Origin: Phallusia mammillata
Lineage: Eukaryota
Assembly (NCBI GenBank): GCA_965637545.1
Contig: OZ281498.1
Coordinates: 22,444,001 to 22,508,000, forward strand
Length of the DNA stretch: 64,000 nt
Direction: 5' to 3'
The position numbers and the translations under genes were made by a program. The notes under the pieces are model-generated. The model ran no database searches. It had not been told where the DNA came from and saw only the letters and a program-made list of their open reading frames with translations. Shown one piece after another: positions 1 to 11,100 of the stretch. Every line of letters starts with the position of its first letter. Within the stretch, counting starts at the first letter, position 1.

Positions 1-3000
1 CGCTGTATGTCACCCCGCCGACGTAAAACACCAACGTGACAGTGGAGGAACTACTCCCACTGTCGCTCCCCACACTGCCCTGCCCTGTGGAAAAGTGACT
101 GGTTAACAAGCGAGCTTTGTTTCAATTGACCATGAATACGTTTTGACAAGCTGTTTAGGAAGCGTTGACTGGATAGTTTTTGATGCAATCGGAAATCCAA
201 AATAACAAAGTTGTTGCGATATTTTGCCAATTTAATGCAACCATGACAATTTCTCCCGAAAGCACACATTACCTTGGGATGTGTTTGAAACCAGGGTTGA
301 GAGAATTTGGGATGGCCGTGTTTAAAGCCATACATACAGAAAAACGAAAAACAGTGATCTGTGGCAAATAAATCATCACTCTTCGGGTACTAGTGCCTAT
401 AAACCCATTAAGTTCAGATCAGCTTCCATCCTGACCAGCAGTTGGTACACTGTCAAACTACTAACTGCAGTTTCAACTTACCTGCTGGGTACTAGAGTGC
501 CATTACTTCAGGTCTCATACTTACATATTTTTTGTAAACTCTCAGACATTTCACCACCCATACTTACACTTCTTTTTGGGAACACCTTGCTGTAAGCCGC
601 TTACAGTTGGCCCAGGAATAATCTTTAAAACCTCTTCAATGCTTCTCCAACCAGGATGGCTGAGGATTTGAGCAAGACGGACACTTAGAGGGGCATAACC
701 GCTGTGCACATAAGCAATGTCTTGGGGCTCCTTGAAAGAAGAGTATTCAATTTGCTAAAGGAATTTTATCCAATTACCCAAACTTTTTAAACAAAAGACA
801 AGGTACACATCACAATTTTCACAAAAACAAATGGAATATGTGATTGACCAGTATGCAACTAGTCCTATTCAACTTTTTCAAGCAACCAAAAGCATTGGAA
901 ATCTAGTAACTGGTGTTTCTGCAACAAATTTTGCCATAAGGCACAGTCTGACTTTAAACATGTTCAAAATAAATAACGAAACCTTCTCACATGGCACAAA
1001 TAAATAGAATTATAAGTAATAAACCTTTTCATTAATATCTTCAACAATAAGACGGAGAGATTTTCGCACAGTGTTGTAATTCCATGGGCCTCCCATAGGA
1101 CGAAGTAAGCCACATTTTTCCAGTTTACTCAAAGTTATCAAATGCTTGTAACCATATGTCTGTTCAAAAATAGTTCATGATTTAGTTAACAGTTCCTTAT
1201 TTAACAAATAAAAAACTTTAGAACAACTTTAAAATTCCTAAACAAATCAAAAAAGTTTATAAATGCCGAAAATTTTAAACAAAACACTTGTATCTACCTG
1301 AAGGATTTCACGCTTGTAGTAATCATAAACTTTTGGTTTAAATCCATTGTTTGTGATGCATTGCAGACATAACAGTCTCAAAACCTGGACAATCGGTCTC
1401 TTCTGGAAAAGGCAATCTTCAATAAAGGGATTTATTTTGTCTGTTCCAATACCATTCAAAAACTCTTGCTCCACTGACAAAGTTTCAAGAAAATCACTTT
1501 CCTCTGCACAAAACGAATGTTATTGAATGTTGAAGTTGCATAGTTTTTGTTTCACATTTACCTGTGTATTCTTTAATGAGCTCTGCAATGTTTGTGTGAA
1601 TTGCCAAAGCTGCTTTTGCTTGTTGCATTTGTGGAAGATGAGAGACAAATTGTTTCATTTCACCAACAGTTTTTGCTGCATGTCGTTCCTTAAAAAATAA
1701 ATTTTAGATGAATGAGCTTGTTTCTGTATACCAGTAGTTCTCAAACTTTTTTTGTTGCGACGCCTCTGGAAAACTTTTCTGGACTTGCTACGCACCAGCA
1801 AATAAAAGTTAATAAGGAAACTTATTATTTAAGTTGTGTTTATTGACACAACAACCAAAAGTTACGAAACGGAAATATTCTGTGATGCCTTTGGAAAATT
1901 GAAACGACGCACCAGGGCGTCGCGACGCACAGTTTGAGAACTGCTGCTGTATACTATAATTATCGAAAGTAAGAATTTATTCCACTAAAATATAGATGAT
2001 TCTGGTTCATGGCTACTCCAATTTTCCAGTTTTTTCCTGCAAATTACCATAACTTGCAATTAACAACAACAAATTAACTAGCGGTATAGGATTCATATCA
2101 TACAAATGTTACAAAATGTAGTTTGCAACTAACTAAAGCAAGCGGTAACAAAAAAACTTGCTTTCCCAGTTTCAAGTACCTCAAATTTTTCAGATATTGT
2201 CCTTGCTTGTTTTTTCAAATTGGGCCCTACAGCATTGAAATTGCAATTACGAAGTTGACTGAAGAGTTCATCTTTTGAGGTTAAAACCACTTTCTTTTTC
2301 TCTGTTGCCAGATCTTCTGACTTTGATGCTTTTGAAAACTTATCAGGAGGAAAAGAAGCTGTGGCTATAGAATAACAAACACAAGGAAATTGTTTGCAAT
2401 TCTTCAGGAATACTAATTTAATAATACAAGAGCCAAAACATGTTTCTTTAAGTCATATTGGCTAGTGTATTTATCATGAAAATAATTTCTTTTGTATAAC
2501 ATTACATTATGATCAAGTTTATAGAGCTCTTCTGGCAAATGTAATTTTCTTCCAACGTTCCTATACAGGTCGTCGTCATCAGGGTAAATAACACAGAATG
2601 CGACAAGTACAGTGCATGATAAACACAGGAAAAAAGAATGGAACGCAAGCATGTCACAACGCAACGAAAACACCACACCGTAACAAGTGTTTGGGCCTCT
2701 ACTTTTTTTTATCGTGCACTGTATTATTAGCATTCAGTGTTATTTACCCTGATGAAGACGACCTGTATAGGATGTCGAAACGTCGGAATAAAATTATATT
2801 TGCCAGAAGAGCTCTATAAACTTGATATTATGCCTGACAGCAATAGCTTATATATTACATTATAAAGTACATTAAAGTACATACTGTTTGTAATTCCATA
2901 TATTTCATCAATTAAACCCTCATATGTGAGTTGAGAGGCAAGAGGAGTAATAAGATCAGCAGTTCGATCGATAATAATAAGTCGATCAATCTGACTTTGC

Positions 3001-4879
3001 TCATCTTCAGCCACTTCACCTATTTCCTCTTGCATTTTTCGCAACAAGCCACACAGGTTCTAAGGAATAAACATATCGTATATAAGATTGAATAAATTAA
3101 AGCAGTTTTTGTTTACTGTAATACAAGCCAATGGATTTTTGAATGTGCTTTTTCATACAAAGCTGTACAATCAAATTTTAGGAAGGGTTTTAAACGACAA
3201 TTCATTTTGTTAAAAATTTAGTTTCACTAAGTAACATTTGAGCATATTTTAAAGCTGCTAATTATTTCCCAAAACTTGATAGTTTAAGCTATAAAACAGT
3301 CTTTAAAAACAAAAACAGTATATATACAATAAAAAATGTCATATTTGGACAATTTGTATTGCTGACATACCTTAGAACATTTTCCTTTGCCATAAACAAG
3401 TGGAATTGTCCCAAATTGTTTCTGAATGGACATGATCGCTTTAGCAGCCAAGTATAGTGAAGTCATATCTTCATCAATATTGATGTCATAAAATGCAGAA
3501 TGGTGTTCCATGGAAAGTATGTCAGAGTCCAAAGCAATCACATCTAGTTTGTATTCTTCAACATTTGTAAGAGCTCCATACACACCAAGTTCCTACATAC
3601 ACACATAATACTCTTTGATAAACCTTATCAGTCATTTTTCTTCTGATCTGAGTACAGAATACTACTGGGTACTTTTAGCTGCTTTTATCTATTTTCCTCA
3701 AGTTTTTTCCAAAAAACATGCTTAGTTCAATAGTTTTGAAAAACAGTAAACTTGGTTTATTGTCTGAGACATACAACATTTTTTTTCTGCAAAATGACTT
3801 TTACATACAAACTTGGTTAACTACTAACCGCTTTTCTATGCTGTTCTGAACAATTAACTGTGATTTAATTAACAATTGCATTAGGTTGTGATTCATGATC
3901 CCAATGCAGTAAAACAAGTTATGTGATTAACCTGATCTGTCTGTATACACATAAATGAAATATTAATATTTATATCTTTAAATGCTCTATACACCTTTCC
4001 CAAAGACCACACCACACTTGCCTCTAGTTTTTGGACACACAAAAAACTTTTCCATGGGACAAAGAAAACATGAAACTCCTTTCGACCAAATCCATCACCC
4101 TCTTCCTCTTTTTTGATGTTAACTGCAATCTGATCCATAAGTGATGCAACTGGCCTTGTTACGAACACAATATGCTGAACATTGGATTTGGGCAATCTTG
4201 TTGGTCGCAGAGGAAACATTCGATCAACTTCATATTCTTTTAACAATGAGTATTCAGCAATCAGTCCAAATTGCTCAGTTAATTCTGGATCCCAAACAAG
4301 AGCCTGTAAAATAAAGCAAAAAATTAAACATTGTTTTGCATGTTTAACTGGAATTATAGTGGTAACGTATAAAAATCCCAGCCCGCTTAGTCACTTAGCC
4401 CATGTTATAACAAACTAAATACGGCCTTAAACAGGGGCTAAGCTAGCACCAAAACGGTTAGAAAAATGGGCTAACGAAACCAGGCACTAAGCAGCTTTTG
4501 TGTAAGCTAAGTGGGATAAGTGTGGGTTATAAGGGATAAGCTCCCTTGTGTACTGTAAGCTAACCAGTGTGGGATATGCAGCTAAGTTGGTTAGCAGTTT
4601 TAGACCGCACTCAAAGCACAGCCTTTAAATTTCTCAAAAACACTTACTAATGTCAAAACAAACCTACTTTTCACATTAGTTTAAGTTGAAATACTGCCCT
4701 CAATTCACAGATTTCAGCAATTTTTTTATGTCAGCAACCATCATAGTAACAAGTAACAACCATCATACCTTGGTTCCGGCACATTTGTCAAGCAGTCGCA
4801 GAAGCTCTTTCCTCGAGTCATCACGAATCAAACCCAAATTAACACAACCCGTTGACAAATGCGGGGCTGACGATGTCAT
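1..4879 (-). CDS. VPS33A: Vacuolar protein sorting 33A (SM protein of HOPS/CORVET), multi-exon; 3' end runs off the window
   Basis: Exons read by hand: 4769-4879 ([37 protein letters not shown]), 4022-4303, 3371-3592, 2885-3059, 2180-2364, 1562-1688, 1298-1503, 1025-1159, 568-730, and a last visible exon ending at base 1 (..[14 protein letters not shown]). Phases are consistent down to 568. Motifs [26 protein letters not shown] and [14 protein letters not shown] match Vps33. Junctions between 568 and ~95 are uncertain. Confidence 0.95.
1732..1946. mobile_element. hAT (Charlie/Buster-like) MITE, family 1, in VPS33A intron
   Basis: TIRs CAGTAGTTCTCAAACT / AGTTTGAGAACTGCTG; perfect 8-bp TSD CTGTATAC (1724-1731 and 1947-1954). 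Confidence 0.92.
2511..2853 (+). mobile_element. Non-autonomous Penelope-like element (family A) with inverted arms, in VPS33A intron
   Basis: Left arm 2511-~2620 is the reverse complement of right arm ~2708-2826. The right arm has a 27-nt extra tail. TSD ATTACATTAT at 2501-2510 and 2854-2863. Each arm holds a hammerhead core. Confidence 0.75.
2740..2792 (+). ncRNA. Minimal type I hammerhead ribozyme (family A), best-preserved copy
   Basis: CUGAUGA (2749-2755) + A + stem II GACGACC/GGAUGUC (6 of 7 pairs, UGUAUA loop) + GAAA + palindromic ACGU stem III + GUC site (cleavage after 2784). Stem I: UUAUU..CC / GGAAUAA. Confidence 0.75.
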
Positions 4880-5202
4880 CTTAGCAATTTACAAATTAAC
4901 CCAGCTAAGCAACACACTGCAAATTAACTGCAATAAATACTAATATATTGTCACAAAAATTGCAAAACATACTTTCAAAAACTTGCATTTGCACTCATCC
5001 ATTTTCCGTTTCGGGAATTTTTTAGTTATAGCATAGAAATCTCTTTTTACTAAGACAAAATTATTGGCCAATGCAATTGCGCATAATTTTATTACGATCC
5101 CACGCATGTAACAAAGTACAAAAACTGTTTTTTAACTGCGGTATCAATTCAGAAATTAAATTTTTAAGGTGCAATGATTTTCTGGTCGCATCACCAAGTT
5201 TT

Positions 5203-6901
5203 TCATTCTGGAAATTTAAACATGGCTTTCGACGCCTTTCCTGACTTTAGACTTTCCAGTGCAACCTTGTAATTGGACAAATCAAAGGTTTTTATCCCAA
5301 GCTTTTGATAATCGAGGAGACCGGATGCGCCAAGCTTTTCCATCAATGTAAGAGTTTCCTCAAAGCAGAATGGATTGACGAAAGAACCAACGATGGTCAA
5401 TTCCTTCCAGTAGATTTGAAATGGTTCGACAGGGATTGTTTTTCCAGCTGGGGAGCATCCAAACCAAGACACAGTGGCACCACGACGGGCAAAATCTAAC
5501 GCCTAGTGACAAGATAAAATATTAGTGCGTTATTTATTTGTCGGAAAATCGTTTTCAGTCACAATGTCGCTGATACGAAATAAAAAACGTTTTTGGTTTT
5601 TAGCAAGAGCAAAACCGACCTTTTGACACGCTTTTGGATTTCCCGTACAATCAATAATCAGGTGGAATCCATGTTTGTCCACATCCTTTCCAGCTAATTT
5701 CAATTCCAGCTCTTGTGGGTGAACGACGTCAAATCCTAATCCCATTCCTGTAAAAGCAACTAATATTTAAACAAACATTCGACCATAAAAATTAAGGTTT
5801 CACATTGATTGAATCTAGCCTAATACCCGAGCATAACTTTCTCCTTTCGTCATTGGGTTCCGACACAGTGACGTTTTTGTAACCATGGTGATGTAGCAGT
5901 GTGGCAAACAGCGAGCCAATGATGCCTGCTCCTTGCACAAGAACTGGCACATGGGTTTTGGGAAGGACTCCCAACTTGTTCCAACCCCTTATAACACATG
6001 AGTAAGGTTCAGCCAATGCCCCTTGTTCCAGACTAATTGAATCTGGAAGCTTGTGTACCTGCAATTAACACAGAAACAAGCTATTTGCAGGACGTCACAG
6101 AATACAAGATACCACCGATGGTCACATAAAAAGCAAAGCTAATACTTTGTTGTATACATAGTTGCCCTGTGTTGCAAATGCTTCGATATTAGGACTACCT
6201 TTTTGTGTGGTTATATGACATTATCATGCATTTCCACCACAAAACTATTGTCGACAAAGAAAAGCTGGAAAACACTGCTTTAAATTTTGGCAATATAGAG
6301 AAAACTATGCAGGAGTGATTGTAACCAGAGTCAGTTTTTTAGGAAACGGATGCCCACAGTAACCTACTTACCACGAAGTTAGGAACCACACAGTATTGTC
6401 CCCATCCACCGTTGCATTTTACTCCAACAGTAATGTTGGACTCACAGAAATGGGGAAAACCTTCGTCACTCCAATCGCATTTTCCACAACAAAAGTTTGG
6501 ATTCACACACACATTGTCACCGACCTATAGTCAACACCAGGGGTTTTACGTTAAGCAATGCTTCACTTTTATTGAGGTAGCCTACCTTAAACGACGATTT
6601 AGCCGCCTCGCCCAGTTCAACAACGACACCAGAAAACTCGTGACCGAGAATAACCCCATCCTGTTTTGGGGTGAACTTTCCCATCTCGCCACTCATAAAA
6701 TGAAAATCACTCCCGCAAACACCTGAAGTGTCCGAATCAGTTGAAAAGCCAATCATTTCGAGCAACAATCCTAATTGATGCCAACTTACCGGAATAAGCC
6801 ACTTTAATCTTTACATCATTCGGTTTAGTAACTTCAGGTATCTTCCATTTTTCTTGGTGGGACAAATCTTTTTCAGTGCCCAAAAACCACAAAGCTTCCA
6901 T
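5203..6901 (-). CDS. Zinc-dependent medium-chain dehydrogenase (sorbitol/L-threonine/D-arabinitol dehydrogenase-like), 6 exons
   Basis: ATG at 6901 (MEALWFLG..KVAYSG). Motifs: VCGSD, GHEFSG (catalytic Zn), AEPYSC, Rossmann GAGIIG, IIDCTG, and C-terminal KELTIVGSFVNPFCF..KASKAMFKFPE with stop at 5203. GT-AG introns join the ORF-track fragments. Confidence 0.9.
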
Positions 6902-7619
6902 TGTAGCTACTACTAACAACAAATTAGGTAATATAGTGTTTTCTATGGCAAAACAGTGTTCCCAAATTAAAACATTCGTTTCAAAACATATGGTTCCTAA
7001 GTTTTTCACGTGGCTAGGCATTCTAACTACGTTAATAACCACTGTAAGACCAGTTTATGCGCAGCGTAAAAGATCTTGCGCTATAAAAATGCGTCAACAG
7101 TGCGCAGCCAAGAAGAAAACATTGCAACTATTATTATGCTCATCCTCAAGTAACGACTTCATCCATACTGCTGCAAAAAGTTTTGCATGAAGTGTGGTGA
7201 AAAACGCTCATCAGGTTTTAATGTAAAGGCATAGTAGTTAATAATTAACCTCATTGTGAGAATTTTCAGCTCCAGCCTTGCAAACATGCACTGCATACAT
7301 TAATTGTTTATTGTTGGTGTCGGAAGTATGAAGATGTTTGCGAAAGTATCGTAGAAACCTATTTACTTATCAATTCCACAAACGCTCAAAGCAAACAAGC
7401 GACACAATATATCCCATCAAAACCTTTACTCCTCTTATTAGCAAAGAAACTTTGTTGTTTGGAATATAGGCGCCTGGGTCTTTGAGTCTTGTTTTAGACG
7501 GCTCATATCAACCCATACTCTGAGATCTGGTTTGATCAACTTAACACATCATAAAACAAAACATGGCCTGCAGCTTGGCACTTTAGTCCCCTTGTTACCA
7601 TCACATAAGAAGGTTGTAG

Positions 7620-7682
7620 CAACCCAGTCTTGCACTGTAAAAGCATAAACAACCCAGTCTTGCACTGTAAAAGCATAAACAA
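7620..7682. repeat. Perfect 30-bp tandem duplication (2.1 copies) downstream of the PDCD7 stop codon
   Basis: CAACCCAGTCTTGCACTGTAAAAGCATAAA repeated twice. Confidence 0.95.
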
Positions 7683-8147
7683 TTTTTCAAATTTCATTTC
7701 AAATACATCATAACCATTGCCTCATGATCACAAAATAACATATTTTTACAACATGACAGTTGTCTTGATAATGCTACAAATTATATTACTTAAGAAACAA
7801 AAGGATACAACTTTTATTCTCCACATGCTTCCTTGCTGTTGACACAGGATTGTGGTACAAAAACTTTTATTTTGTCTCCCTAAATAATGATGTTTTGAAA
7901 AAATGAAACAAATTCAGTTAATACATGTGCAGTAACCTTAACACAGTCTTTAAGATTAAATAAACAGTGTAATTGGAAAAATTTTAAACTGTGGAGTCAG
8001 AGTTGAAACAATTTTATTTGACTCCACAACCCTGCTTTTAATCATTGTCATTTTTGTGATTCAACAGAAAAAGTTAACAGTCTTTTCCAATGTTAAACAA
8101 CAAAGGATATAACACCAGTTCAATCTTCAGAAGGCACAGTAGAAGAT

Positions 8148-11100
8148 TCAAGCATATTTTTCCATTCAAATGATGAAGGTTGAACTGGTTCTACCCAATC
8201 TATTGGAAGTGATGTGCCAGACTGATCCAAAAACTGGTCCCACATGTGCCTGCATAAAATTAGACACACAGTTTATAAATGAAAAAGTACACATCTACAA
8301 ATAAAGAAAGTAAGGCACAATTTTCTTACCCTCATTGAACATAAAAACACAATTCATGCAAAAAATATGTGAATTAAAATGTCTCGCAAAAATTTTACCA
8401 TTCCCCACAACAAATCAGGCAATTTTTTGGACAAGTTGTCAGTGTAAAAAGAGTACACAAACGTTGATTTGGGATTGAATGCTGTCACAATTCAAACAAT
8501 CCTAAGGATAAGTCCTGTCATTACAGCAAAAGCCAATTTAGTAATCGGTGCCTAGCATCACTGCCTTTTTTTGAGGGATAAAAGCACAATGTCCACTATG
8601 TTATTCATGTGTGACATCACAACACTTTGTGCACAAGTGTAGGTAGAAATGCTATAAAAATTATACAAATCTTTTTACCTGTATTGCACAAGGTTGTTGA
8701 ATGTCAAATTTGCTTGTTTGTGTAACTCTTGAATTGGCCACATGGGGTCAAAGGCATCCACTTCAACTAAGGATTAAAGTAATAGATTTACTGATTATTA
8801 GGTTACATTTCAACACATATATGAAAGTAAAGTACCAGATTTTCCAAACAAAATAGTTTCTCTTTCCTTTTTCCAATTTGCTTGCCTTTCTGCCTCTTTT
8901 CTTCTTCGTTTATTCTCAATTGCTAATTTAGCTTCTTTTTGTTCAGCTTCCATAAATAGTCGCAATGAGGCTGCCTTTTCTTCACAGGACGCTTTATGCA
9001 TTTGTAAGTCTCCTTTGATTTTTTTTACAGTTTGGTCAAAATTGTTGTTGACAGAATCGTCCGGCAATTCCTCCCCTGATCAAGAAACAAGTAAATAAAC
9101 AAAAAGCATTTTTATACAGAACCTTGACCAAAGGAAAAAGGGCTGCTCTCGACAGAGGTATTTTGAAACTATTTACAAAAAGCAAACAATTAAAACAACA
9201 GGAATTAGCAATCTTATCTAGTTGGTTAAGTAAAAAGGTTTAAATTAAGTAGGTTATTTTGTCTAAACATGGGGCTGCTGTGACGTTTTACAACAGTGGT
9301 CTAGATTTTATTGACAACAGCACAGTTTAAGCCATAAGTTTGAAAGGCCATTTCCTGGTCTGAATGTTGAAACACACAACCAAAATGTCCTATACTACAA
9401 TTTTAAAACTTACCTCTTATTTTTCTTGCATTGAAGCGAATTTTCCGAAGCTTTGCGAGAAAACTAATTCTTTCAATGGCTTTTGAGGTTGCCGCTTGTT
9501 CCTTTCTAACTTCAACCAACGCTTCATCTATCTGCTTCTGCATTTCTGCTTCCTTTACAAATAACCGAAGTTTTTCGCCTGCATTTGGAAAAAATGTGTA
9601 CAGATTGACTTATTTACCCTAATCTGTTGGTCAAGTTTAGCATTTTCTTGTTTTTGCCACTCTTCAATTTTTTTGTTTTTTTCTTCAATCCTTCGTTTTT
9701 CTTCTTGCATTTGTTCAAAAGCGTTTCTCCGTTTCAGTTTTTTCCTCATGCGCGATTTTCTGCGCTGTTTAATTCTTGTCTCAAGACTCTTTACCACCTT
9801 GGGATCTTTCATGACAGATAAGATTTTGATCAACTCATCCTGCAAACAAATTTATTTGTCATCAGTTACATTGATGCTATTGCTGGAACAAAACACTGAA
9901 CCAGAGAATACTGAGGGCAACATGTCTAAAATATAAACATGAAGAGCTCACACCACATAATGCTTTACAATAACAGTGCAGCTGCAACACATTTAGCCAT
10001 TATTCACCAATTGCGTGCTCCACTTTTTGCAATGCATAATGTTGTGCAGCTATTTTCAAGCTTGGTGACTGTTTTAGTGCTTTTTACTGTTGCTATGTTT
10101 TCCTTACCAAGCGAAATAAACATATATCAACTTTAGACAGGCCTTAAAGTATGATAAAAAGCTTGATAAACAAAATCTTGGGGAGCTTGAGAATAATGAT
10201 TAGATTCCATTGGACCGGTTTCAACAATTGTCACTGCGTTATCAGTGAAGGCATACTCGCTAATAGTTCAGTTTTTAATAATATCTCAAAATCCAGAAAA
10301 CTAAATAAAACCAAATAAATTATTATTCCGCAACCAAACAGTGTTACAATAAATTTTACCTTTATCTTTTGAGTACTGTCACAGGATGATTCAGATGTTT
10401 CTTCCAACATTTTTATCAGCACATTAGCCCTTGATAGCATTTGTTGTGCTTCACTTATCTATATGACATATAAATAATCCCTTAAACCAGTAGTTCTCAA
10501 ACTGTGCGCCGCGACGCCCTGGTGCGTCATTTCATTTTTCCAAGGGCATCGCAGAATAGTTCGGTTTCGTGGCTTTTTGTTGTTGTATCAATAAACACAA
10601 CTTTAACTAGAAGGGTGGCTTAGCACATATTGCCCTTGCATATACACTATAACACATATTTTCTACACTAATTTTATATTAGGTCCCATATCATCCATTG
10701 TCTTTTATAACCTTGGCTGTTTCTGCAAGCAAAAACTCATGGGTCCCCCACACATGCAAAGTTGTAAATAATACATTTCAAGAGATAACCATGAGAAAGT
10801 CGGGTGTTGTAAGGTAAAACACAGTGATCGGTACTGTGCCTGAATAAATATGCTATATGGAGAACAAACTATTCAAATTCAGTCCATTTATACATTTTTG
10901 AAGGTTTTTCTATTTTATGGTCTATCTGAGAAAAAAAGTGTTAAACAGTGAGAAAATAGGCTAAAACACAACAATCAGCTCCTATAACACAAATCAGCGC
11001 GAATTGCACGTGACTGTTGGGGGCTAGTGGAGGATGATAGAGCTACAGGGTTGAACCCAACAATTAACACCTATAAATATTGCACTGTACAAGCTCTCCA

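Noticed and set aside
2170-2230. Apparent frameshift in VPS33A exon 5
   Set aside because: Careful reading gives the open frame [17 protein letters not shown], and exon lengths stay in phase.
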